From NCBI GenBank assembly GCA_020137815.1, contig CM035351.1:2914001-2978000 (forward strand): DNA of 64,000 bases, read 5' to 3'. Below the pieces are notes generated by a model. That model did no database searches and was not told the origin of the DNA. It worked only from the letters and a program-made list of their open reading frames with translations. Shown here in pieces: positions 1-11,477 of the stretch. How positions within the stretch are numbered: position 1 is the first letter of the stretch; every line of letters starts with the position of its first letter. This DNA comes from Hormiphora californensis (lineage: Eukaryota > Animalia > Ctenophora). A program made the translations under genes and the position numbers.

Positions 1-668
1 GCTACCAGATTTAAATCCGGTATCATTACTGATTACCAGTTCAGTGCACTGCCGTTCGCGTTAACTAGTGGATGCAATTCGGCCTCTTGCTGAAAAGGCC
101 CTGTTGCTCATTCTCTGTCACTAATCACAGTAGAGAATTAAACGAGAATTAAACAGTATGAGATCACATCACACAGAGTGAACTGCTGGGTACTATGTGG
201 GATCTGATCCTCGGTGGGGTGATCTGATCCTCGGATGAGGGATTTGATGATTGATCATAGGTATGGTGATCTGATGATCAGATTCTGATCTGTTTTGACG
301 AGGGGAATTTTTTGCCTAATCAACATGCATCAGGTGGATACTGGATCATGCTTCACCCCTTTTCGCAGTATATAGTAGGATTGAGTTCAGTCGGCTTTGC
401 CTGGCATCGGTTAAACAGTTTTGCCCGGTATGTATTTGGATGAAAAAGTATTACAGTGATGATTCCAATACAATGGATATTAAGAAAAGGAGCCTAAAGC
501 TTATGGCCGAGCCACTGATCATTGATGATTGAGACTGGAAAGAAGCTGGGTTGGCAAACGTTGCTGGCCCCCTGTTCTGCGCCACGCGCAGCGCGGGATA
601 AGGCAGCGCTTTTCAAGAAGCTGGGAAACAAAACTTGTGATTTTCGAAAACTTTTTGATTTTTGTTAT

Positions 669-888
669 AGTCGGATTTTAAATAACTGTCGTTTTTTAGA
701 GTTTTCAAATTTCTTTAAATGACCATAAGTCCGGTTCCTGATGAGATAGAGACTTGAAATTTGGAGGTTACGAAGATCTTGCTAAGTTCTTCCGAACCTC
801 CAAATTTCAAGTCTCTATCTTATCAGGAATCGGAGATATGACAAATTTTGTTATTTCAGGGGTGCGACAGTTTCAAAAAATCCGACTT
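669..888. mobile_element. Foldback/MITE-like imperfect inverted repeat
   Basis: Arms gtcggatttt..ttcctgatgagatagagacttgaaatttggagg and cctccaaatttcaagtctctatcttatcaggaa..aaaatccgac are complementary; a related core (ttcctgataagataaagacttga) occurs at ~44848. Confidence 0.75.
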
Positions 889-2744
889 TAAGAAAACCAA
901 GTTGACGATTTAATTCACGCGATCGAATTTCAAGCGCGCGCATCGTGCGCATGGGAGTAAATGCGTTGCACATAAAATAAATATTGGCGCATTACATTTT
1001 AAAGTGCGTTTCAAACGACTTGACCTGAGATTCCTGGAAATTCAGGATTTCCCTTGGAATGCGCTGCAGCCCCCTCATGCGCGCACCCCCGCAACGATAT
1101 ATATTATTAGTAGGGTTTCTTAATTTCGCGCGCAGTAGTGAAATTCGTAAATGGATTTGCGCGTGCGAGTGCGCGGCTCTTTCTGAGCGAGAAGTTCGTC
1201 CAAAGCCGAGCCGAACCAAAAATGTTTCATTTCCACTTTGGTGGATTTTGATACGTTTGATCCGGACACTCTTCGCAATTTCTCTCTGATAAACTTGTAA
1301 TATATCGCTTCCCACAATTTGCTGCTTTTAAATCACTTCTTCCTCCTACTGGACAACTTCCTACCTTGGAGCCCCCTTCTGTACTTCTTCTAAAGTTTGG
1401 ACTTTGGCCTCTCCTGGGCACCTCTTTGCACCCTCCCTTATACCTGTTTGTACATCCTCCTTCCTGAGTCTTTGGTGTATCCTTTTGCCATCTGTGGTAC
1501 CTGCTTCTACATTCTCCCTCACTCCTGGGTAGTGGCCAGTGGGTATATCTTTCTGCTCTCTCTCCCTTGGCCCGGTTAACCTCTTCCTGCACTCTCCCCT
1601 TTCGGAGTACCACCTTCCCTCCGTACACTTCCTTCTGCACCCCAGCCCGGCCCTGGGTCTTTCCTTCTGCATTCTCTCTTGGCCCACCTTTCATGCACAC
1701 CCAGCACCCTTCCTCTTTATGGTACCTGCTTCTTCATCCCCTCCTGGGTACCTCCTTCAGCCTTCTGTACCCTTACTCCTTCATACCTGCTTCTACATCC
1801 TCCCCCTTTTGGGTAACTTCTTTTGCATCCCCCTTTTTGGTACCTACTTCTACATCGTCTCTCCTCGGTACCTACTTTTGAACCCTCCTTCCTTGTTACT
1901 ATACCTGTCCCCTCTATTTATAATTATCCTTTAATCCCTAAATTTCTTATTTATAACTGGATGTATTTAATAGTTTAATGCTGCAAACGGAAAACTTAAA
2001 AGTAGGAATTAAATGTGATGTGTACGGATGTCGGATGTGTAATGTCTACAAAGAGGAAAAGTCTTCTTCTTTTCTCTCGGGGAATCATTACAAAAGAGGT
2101 ACTGTTACTACTAATTACTAAATTCTGTACCAGCTAATGTTGCAAGAAACCCCAATTAATCGAATCACGATCGATAAACAAACTATTATAATACATGTTC
2201 ACCATTTTTGTAGCTAGGTACATCATCATGTCTATAAACCATCTTTGCCCCATCCAGGTACCAACTGATATGATAAACATGGGAATCTAGCTTTCACCGC
2301 AGTAACGATTAGACGTTGGCCAACTAGTATGTGGCTGGGATATTTTCCGAAAAGAGAACTGGACTGGACGCGTGAATTACACTCATCTTCATAACCAAGA
2401 AGGTTAGTTGTCAAATCGTCCCTTCCCAAATCCCTCCCGAGTTCCATTCTCTTCCCAGTTATTTATTCTATTCTCCTCCCAGTTATTTATTACATTTCTA
2501 TTTAGTATTTATCTTAATTACATTCTATTCAACTTGGAGGTTTAATGATTTTGATAGAAGAATCTGTCCCCCTCTGTCGTTCGCTTTCAGATGTCTTCTC
2601 TCTATCTCTTGCTCTATCCCTAGCTCTATTTCGGAGAGCGAACTGTATTGACATGTTTCTGGCCCACCCTGTATCTCCATCTTGTTATGTTCTAACCCTC
2701 TACACTATAGTCTGTCTTAGAGTGTTTCTCTAGCTCAATATATA

Positions 2745-3381
2745 CAGGGTGTTCATTTTGGATCTTTACAAACGTTGAGCTTCACCCAGAAAAAAGTTGA
2801 CAAGTTTAGGTCATGAAACTTCATACTTGGACTATTCTATACCCTCATTCAAGGTTCCTGGGGGTTTTGGAACTCTAGCACCCCGGGAAGTGTGTTTTTG
2901 GCATCAAAACTACAAGAAGGAATTTTTTGCTGGTGCTGAGACTTTGCTAAAATGTTTTTTGGGTATTTTCTATGTCAATCCTGAACTTTCATGGAGATTG
3001 GATGTGTTTTTCTGGCTCAAAATTTCGTAAAAAGTGGCTGGAAAGACTCAATTTTTGCCGATTTTGAGCCGATTTTGAGCCTTTGCAGCCACTTTTATCA
3101 AAATTTTGAGTCCGAAAAACACATCCAATCTCCATGAAAGTTCAGGATTGACATAGAAAATACCCAAAAAACATTTTAGCAAAGTCTCAGCACCAGCAAA
3201 AAATTCCTTCTTGTAGTTTTGATGCCAAAAACACACTTCCCGGGGTGCTAGAGTTCCAAAACCCCCAGGAACCTTGAATGAGGGTATAGAATAGTCCAAG
3301 TATGAAGTTTCATGACCTAAACTTGTCAACTTTTTTCTGGGTATAGCCCAACGCTTGTAAAGATCCAAAATGAACACCCAG
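2745..3381. mobile_element. Tc1/mariner-type foldback MITE with ~300 bp near-perfect inverted arms
   Basis: TA|CAGGGTGTTCATTTTGGATC ... GATCCAAAATGAACACCCAG|TA; ORFs 2797-3030(+) and 3048-3428(-) are mirror translations. Confidence 0.9.
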
Positions 3382-3780
3382 TATATCCCAAGTTTGACAT
3401 GTATTAGAGGGAAATGATGTACATACATTTATTGTGTGAACCTCAACAGTACAGTCATGTACAATAATTTTCGGCTTTATATTATCACTAGAAAGCCCAT
3501 TGAAGTCCTACAACAGCCCCCAACCACCCGTCTCTATGACTCTCTCCCCTCTCACTCTTCGTCTCTCCATGTCGGGGTAAAGAATACGGAGGTTGGTAGA
3601 GTGGTAGAGCGCTGGTGATAAAAATCAATGGAAATCCCTTTGAATAACATGTAGAATCAGCTGATAAAGATCCGTATTATATTATCATTATTATATTATT
3701 ATCTCTCCGATTGTCTCTGTATTTCTCTCTGTATCTCCCTATCTCTATTTCTCTCTCGCCACCCCCTCCCGCTCTCTCTA

Positions 3781-3855
<75 letters not shown>

Positions 3856-3969
3856 CTATCTCTCTCTTTCAGTCTCCCTCACCACTGTATTCTTTCAGGA
3901 AAACTCATCACAGAACGGCGCTCAGTTGGAACGGCCGGAATACCTGGGTGGAAGGGTAAAATATCTGCA

Positions 3970-4311
3970 ATGAGAGGTGTATCCTGCTTCTCAAAGATCC
4001 CTTTCGAAGTTATGGACTCTCTAAACGAGAAGCCTGTGATCTCCAAGTGTTCTAGAGTGGTTGCTGCTGCTGATGGAAAAGTGAGACCTGTCGTTGTCTC
4101 TCTGAACTCCAGGGAAACTCTGATTTCTCTCCTGAGGAAGGCGAGGGAGCTCAATACTACTACGGCCTACTCCAAGGTGTTTCTGGAGCCTGATCGGACT
4201 CTAGAGCAGAGGGTTGAGAGAAAGAGAACATTAAAGACTTTGAGTGAGTTGAGAAGGTCGCATCCTGAGGGATGCTATTTGATTATGGGTGGAGTAATAC
4301 AATGTGTGTAG
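3970..4311 (+). pseudogene. Non-LTR retrotransposon (CR1-like) ORF1 C-terminal fragment
   Basis: RPVVVSLNSRETLISLLRKARELN...KVFLEPDRTLEQRVERK resembles the LINE ORF1 C-terminal motif; no ORF2 follows. Confidence 0.6.
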
Positions 4312-4695
4312 GACTCTGGGTGTCGCCTGTCATATCGGGATTATTCCTGTGTTGGCGAAGCCCTTGAATGAGTGTTTGAAATGTTTGAACTTTCATTGTT
4401 TTCCGTACTCATTCTAAATGTTGACCCCGAAATAGACAAGGAACAAATATAATACCGCCAAAGTGGTGTGGAAATTAAATCTTGTTCCAGATAAAAACAT
4501 GGGTGGGGTGAACAGTTTGATCACAACGGACCGTTTTATAATTATGAATGTGTGGATGTTATTAATTGTTGATATTTTTCGTCTATTTGAACAATGAACT
4601 GTGTACCATTTTATTATGCATGTCAGTTTAAATTATTGGTAAACAATTCCAAAGACCAGTGTGGTTGAATCATTTAAACATGTTTGTAATTATCC

Positions 4696-4734
<39 letters not shown>

Positions 4735-5866
4735 CTTACTATTTCCCTCTCTGTATACAAACATGTTTCATTTTGTGTTTAATAACGGAATACTGGAACT
4801 TGGAAATGGTCTTAAAATGAGGAAGAAATTCATAAACATGGTTACGGCACTTGTCAGCGCATTTCTTAGCTGTTTCCATGAGACCTCCTTCCTTTGTCCT
4901 TGAACAAGGTGTCCTGCTTGGCGCGCACGGTACATATTGGTGCGCGCGGTATAAAAGTACAGATGAAAGTCAAAAGGTGACAGCATTTGAAACGTAGACA
5001 ATTTATTGGTTTTGGCGGGTATTTGACCTAGGTTCCAAAAACCTAATTTCGAACCTATTTCATCCAATTTTTTTACTGAGTCTTGTTCGCAGAGTGATTT
5101 GGAACACTGTGCTTTTTACTAGACCAAAATCCGATGTGTCAATCAGGAATAAGGGGCATTTATATCGTTTGACTGGCAATTAGACTTTAATTGACTCCTA
5201 GTGACCAATTTACCCAGTCACGCGTATATTTCTGGTAATTCACATGACTTCTAATGAGTTTCTTAACCATTTCCAAGGATAAAATAGGGGGGTAAAATTC
5301 GTGACTGGATCAGATTAGGGTCCCTACTATATATTATGGGCGCCGTTACGATCTGGGTGTTTGGTGGCCTGTTTACAGGTGCGCGCTGCCAAAAAAGTTG
5401 ATTCACTAAAATAGGGATCCCTAAAAAAGTTCAGAGTTTACACAGAGTTTACACAGTCTTTACACCCAGAGCGGCGCGTGCTGCGCGTTTCTTGATTTCT
5501 GCGCGGGTTCTTTTTGCGCGTACCAAATACTCCCGCGCAACTAGCAAGTACTGGTTTTAACAATTTGGTTACCGCGCGCTACATGAACGTACAGAGCGAG
5601 TGTTGAGATACAACTCCCGTTGGCGGCCGTTGTTGTTTCTCTCGCACCAAAGATTGAAGCGACAATTGATCATCGCTATTTGCTACCGTCCCAGGCCACT
5701 GCACTGTGTAACCACCGATAAATCAATGTTTGTAACAAATGTAAATACGAGTAATTTTGTCGAGTTAATAGAATTATGCTCATAACAACAATATTAATCA
5801 CATTACTAAAAGAAAGAGATGTCAGATGGGCGAAGAAGTATTAGTTTTTTTTATCGTGGTCAACAT

Positions 5867-6121
5867 TTAAAATGAGTACGGAAAACAATGAAAGTTCAAA
5901 TATTTCAAACACTCATTCAAGGGCTTCGCCAACACAGGAATAATCCCGTTATGACAGGCGACACCCAGAGTCCTACACACACGGTTGTTCTCTCCTTGTG
6001 CCACATTGAACTGTTGCCGTCCACCCCACAGGCCAGTTGGCATCTGCATCGTTACACCTGGAGAAGAAACTTATTAGCCAGGCACGGTCAGCAGTCCGTC
6101 TCTCTCTCTCACACACACACA

Positions 6122-6174
<53 letters not shown>

Positions 6175-6859
6175 ATTTTCTCTCTCTCACTCTCTCCTTC
6201 TCTCTCTCCTTCTCACTCTCTGTATGATGTAATGTATATCTGTTTATTACCTGGAGGTAGAATATCTGTTATAAGGAACCCTTTATCCACAACTATTTGA
6301 TCTCCAGGTTGGAACTGCGTTAAAATTCCTGTCGCCTCCACTATCTGTTTATCGGTTGACCCCCAGGGTAAGTCGGACTGATATAGGTAATTGCACCGCA
6401 TGGTGCTATTACTACCAAGAATTTCATCGTGTGATGACCTGCAGAGGGGGTGAACGATTAATTTTTTTAACCGTAGCTCCACCCATAACATAACAATTGG
6501 ATAGGGATTTCAATGTCATCTTTGAAGAAGGGGTCTTGCAAAAATATATGACCCTAGTTTTACAACTAAAATACAAAGAGATTCGCTCACCGTCCCTTCA
6601 GCCCTTCCCACCCCCCCCCCCCCTACAGAGTGAGAGAGAGAGAGAGAGAGAGAGAAAACGAACGCGTGGATAAATAAGGAAATTAGAGATTAGAAGAGTT
6701 TAATCTCTTATCAGTGCACTACAGTAGAAAGATTGGCGGGAATCGCCCTACCCAACCCCCCCCCCCAAGATGTTAAACTCGGAAGATAAGATAAAGAAAA
6801 AGGAACAGATTAGATTGAGATAACAAAGCAAGGTGAGAGAGAGAGAGAGAGAGAGATAG

Positions 6860-6932
<73 letters not shown>

Positions 6933-7816
6933 TGACATACCTCGGTGCAATCAAATATGGCCCTTGTGTTTGCGTAGTTTCTTCTGAATAAATCCGGAGA
7001 CGTTTCTTTACAACGGGCAAGTGACGGTAGGGTTCCAGAAACAAGAATAACTGCATTATGTATTCATAATGCGGTGTTTCCCTGCCACAAATGGATTTAA
7101 AATTGATGAATAAGCTTCAAAACTGGATTTCCTGATGAATTTTGTGCTCAAAGAGCATTTTTTGGCTGATGCGATCTTGGTTACTAAGGTAACTAGGTAA
7201 GTTGCTATGGTAACCAAAGCAGTTGCTATGGCAACCAAGGCAGTTGCTTAGGAGACCCCACTTGATTACCAAGTGCTTCAACTTTAACCGCATCTCAACT
7301 CGAGTCACTAGTGTGACAGTAGTACTATAGTAGTAGTACTATAGTTTCATGTACTATGTAGTAGTACTATAGTTTCATGTTTGGAAGACGTTCTACCACT
7401 TCATAGCATGGCTGTAGGGCGCCCAAAGTGATTTCAGGTGATAGTGGGAAGTGTTATCAGCGAGTAATTGCGCGCCACAATGTGTGTTAATCATTTCCTT
7501 CGTTGAATCAACGAAGCGTGAGATGAAAGTTTTATGAAGGAGCAGACTTGTTGTTAGGCGTTGTCCGTGACGGACGGACGGACGGACACTTTTAGTTAAC
7601 TACACAATCTGCTGATTTCTAAACCCTGAATGATCTTTTTAGCACGTGCGTGCTTAAAAGATCATCCCGGGTGATTGCCTTCGGCAATCACCCGGGCAGG
7701 GAAAAAATAGATGACAACTTCCAGTCAAGGATCAGAATTGATTTCTTTCTCCATGACGGCCGATTGGTTGTATATTTACCTGCAAAGAGGGATAGGGAGA
7801 TAGGGAGAGGGACAGG

Positions 7817-7904
<88 letters not shown>

Positions 7905-7934
7905 CAGAGAGAGAGAGAGAGAGAGAGAGAGGGA

Positions 7935-7966
<32 letters not shown>

Positions 7967-8020
7967 GAGAGAGAGAGGGACAGAGAGAGAGAGAAAGAGG
8001 AAGAGAGAGTGAGAGAGAGG

Positions 8021-8080
<60 letters not shown>

Positions 8081-8280
8081 TGACATACCTCGGTGCAATC
8101 AAATATGGTCCTTGTGTTTGCGTAGTTTCTTCTGAATAAATCCGGAGACGTTTCTTTCCCCGTTTCTTTACAACGGGCAAGTGACGGTAGGGTTCCAGAA
8201 ATAATAGATGACAACTTCCAGTCAAGGATTTGGAGCCAGGTTTGCCAAGTGCTCGCTATTTGTGCATCTGACACCAATTA
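5867..8280 (-). pseudogene. Decayed PIF/Harbinger (ISL2EU-like, DDE_Tnp_4) transposase, split by CT-microsatellite-filled introns/insertions
   Basis: Fragments FRRNYANTRTIFDCTE (ORF 7732-8277), PWGSTDKQIVEATGILTQFQPGDQIVVDKGFLITDILPPG (6213-6491) and a C-terminal piece (5867-6049); partial duplicate at ~6930-7050 and inverted copy at ~4311-4418. Confidence 0.7.
7800..8080. repeat. (GA)n microsatellite (others at ~3780-3865, 6100-6220, 6835-6930, 54000-54165, 62243-62328)
   Basis: Direct inspection. Confidence 0.95.
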
Positions 8281-8599
8281 CAATGGCAACAACATCGATA
8301 AGAAAGAAAACTGGGTTATTATTTATTGTCTCCCGGTAAATCAGGGTCCAACTGTAGCATCCGGAGAACGCCCGTCGCCCAATATCATAATAATATCTTT
8401 CGCTTTCCTTCAAAACCGGGCCGTTTGAAAATTACAGTTGAAGTACATCTTTGATGGGCTATATCTTACTATCATAGGTAGGCTATATATATACTTCTAG
8501 CTGTGTATGTACCCAGATTGTAATCTATCTATCTAGGGCCTAGGCCTGAGGCCTTGAGAGTTTGAATTGAACGCTTTTCTCAAATCTTTAGTAGCTTTT

Positions 8600-9530
8600 C
8601 CACGGGCGCGATTATAATCTGGGTGCCTTGCAGCGTGTTTACAGGTGCGCGCTACCAAAAGAGTATACTTAGACCAACTTTTTTCAAACGGCTATAGCCA
8701 TGGAACCACTTGGCCGATTTGAGTAAACTAAACGGTATCAGTTAGAGAATCGATAGCCCTAACCGATAACCCCAAACCAAACCCTAACCAGACCCTAACG
8801 GATAGCCCTAACCCGTCGCGCGCGCCAAAACTACGAATTGTTAGCAATGAAAGGCACCCAGATTTTAACGGCCAGCGTTAAAATCTGGGTGTTTCGTGAG
8901 TGCTGACAAACGGTTTTTTAGGGTTAGGGCTAAAGTAGGGTTAGGGTTAGGGTTGGGGTTTGGGTTGGGGTTAGGCCTTGACATTCCCTACCAGATAAAC
9001 TTTGAATTAGCCAAAACGGTTGAGTGGTTCGGCGGTTAGAGCCGTTTTAGTGAATCAACTTTTTTGGCAGCGCGCACCTGTAAACAGGCCACCAAACACC
9101 CAGATCGTAACGGCGCCTGATTTTAACGTTTTCCCTTTTCCACTTTCAAAAATTAAAAAACCCCTATTTTTAGAGCGCACTGAATATTAAAAATTTAGCA
9201 GCGTTGTTACCATATTTTTTAGCCGCAGCGCGTAAAACACTCATGATTGCAGTGAAAACACCAAAACGCGCAGCACGCGCCGCTCTGGGTGTAATGACTG
9301 AGTAAAGACTGTGTAAACTCTGTGTAAACTCTGAACTTTTTTAGGGATCCCTATGACTCTAACCGCCAAACCACTCAACCGTTTTGGCTAATTCAAACAT
9401 TATCTTGTAGGAAATGTCAAGGCCTAACCCCAACCCAAACCCCAGCCCTAACCCTAACCCCACTTTAGCCCTAACCCTAAAAAACCGTTTGTCAGCACTC
9501 ACGAAACTCCCAGATTTTAACGCTGGCCTT
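8600..9530. repeat. Composite repeat with degenerate TTAGGG/CCCTAA tracts and nested inverted segments
   Basis: CCCTAA-like tract 8756-8815, TTAGGG tract 8918-8975 and its inverted copy 9421-9480; 5338-5490 is the reverse complement of parts of 9045-9354. Confidence 0.7.
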
Positions 9531-10298
9531 ATATTATAAGGGGCCTGCAACGTATGCCAAGGATTTCCCCTTTGTAAATACACGCGCGATGCGCCAAATT
9601 CCAAGAATCACGGGTCAAGTCGCTTGAAACGGACTTTAAAGTGCGTTTCAAACGACTTGACCTGAGATTCCTGGAAATTCAGGATTTCCCCTTTGTAAAT
9701 ACACGCGCAATGCGCCGAATTCCAAGAATTACGGGTCAAGTCGCTTGAAACGGACTTTAAAACGTGTTTCAGTATCGTACTTCAGCGATATTTTATTGTT
9801 CGCGTCGTGTTTCAATTTTCGCACTTTTGTGTTTCAATTTTCTCCTTTTTTCCACTTTCACGGTTCACCTCTTTGAAAAGCACTGCCTTATCCAATAGGG
9901 TCAGTAGCATTTGCAAATTCACCTCTGTACGCAATAAAACCACGGCGAAAATGTCAAAATTTTCCGGGGGGGGGGGGGGGGGGGGCTTTGCCCTCTCGAC
10001 CCCACCGGGGCTTGCAGCCTCTGGGCCCCGCTAGCCGCTAGCGGTGGCTCTGTCCCATGACTCTTACACATTACACCCCACCCCTACACCCCACTCCCCC
10101 TGACCGTGGCTGCCGACCCTGGCACCGCAAGCACAGGGACACGCTGGGCTGGAGGCCCAGCTCCGTTCCTGCAGCAGGGACCCTGCTACGCCCCTGTCTT
10201 TGCCCATGGGACCTGGCTAACTGAAGGCTGAATCGTTAAAACACAACCTTTTCTTATTAACCTTTTTTTATTAACAGACCTATTTTCAATAATCTAGG

Positions 10299-11331
10299 AT
10301 GGCTAGTGTTTGTGAAACTGCTAGTTTAGTAAAACTCGAAGAAAATACTGACAAGGAGAAAGAGTTGCAGACTGCTGCTTCTGTTGAGTGCAAAGATTCC
10401 GATGTTCAGGGCAAATCCATTGAAATTGTGAAATGTACTAAAATCAATGAGCTAATGATTGATGAGAATAGGATACCAGAAGAATGTAAAGTGTCCAAAA
10501 TATCAGATCTCGATCACAGTGTTGGTGATGAACCTCAGGCCGCTGAAAATACGAATGTAAAAGAAAAGGAAGAAGGAAATGTACCTACTACGGCTGAAAC
10601 CCCTGCAAAAGAAGATAATCCGGAAAAAGTACCATCATCATCTAAGCCGACATCAGATAAACCAACGTCTTCAGATCCTCCTCCTAAGGAAGCCCCTAAA
10701 CCAGCACGCCCTGACAAGTTACCTGATCTCCCCGCCGATTTGACGCCTCTGTTTAATCGGTGTACAACAATGACATCACGAGTTCTTGGTTTACTGAAGG
10801 AGAAAGTTACTGAAGACCTTAAGAAGAACAAGGAATCCAATAACAAAGAGAGGATCCGAGACCTACGGTCCTTGCTGTGGAAGGTGTGTGATTGTGAGCA
10901 GATGGGTGCCGAGAAGGTTAAACAACTGGAGGGGAAATCATCGTACGAGCTCCAGCAGATGCGAGAACAGAAGAAGTATGGGAACAGGAGCAAGGGGAAG
11001 AAGAACAGCAAGTGGAAGAAAAAGAGGGGATTCGACATTCGTGATGCACGTCAGTTTGCACGTGGGTTGGTGTTTGGGATAATAGACAAGGCTGTACGGC
11101 AGTTCATGTACTGAGGAGGAAGAGAAAAAGGCACGGTTAGAACAAGTGAAGGGATTTGTTGATGATATTATCACCCACTCTCTCAGTAAGCTGATCCTTG
11201 AGAGACAGCACAATCTGTCCAGTGTGGAGGCTGATCTGCTTCTAGCTATGCAGGAGGATGAGGAGGAGGAGGATGTTGTGAAAACTACACTTCTAAACGA
11301 TTCTATCAAAATCGAGCCTCGAGATAACTGA
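10299..11331 (+). CDS. Intronless acidic/low-complexity protein of unknown function; one +1 frameshift near 11083-11111
   Basis: 271-aa ORF ends QFMY*; the +1 frame continues as TEEEEKKARLEQVKGFVDDII...PRDN*; acceptor-like ctag|g immediately before ATG. Confidence 0.7.
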
Positions 11332-11477
11332 ACTTTTTAATAGAACTACATAATTTATTATCAAATTGAATCTTTTTAATTCACCTACAATTTATTTCTA
11401 TGTTTTAATTAAGTACCGAGTTTGAATTTGTGTTTCCTTCTGATTAGTCTCTCTCTTCCATAAACTATCTGTTCAGG

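Noticed and set aside
7688-8225. SLSLSL/ERERER ORFs (also at 3711, 5888-6300, 53712-54344, 62218-63124)
   Set aside because: Translations of CT/GA microsatellites
8918-8975. True telomere or chromosome fusion site
   Set aside because: Short, degenerate and embedded in a dispersed repeat present in both orientations
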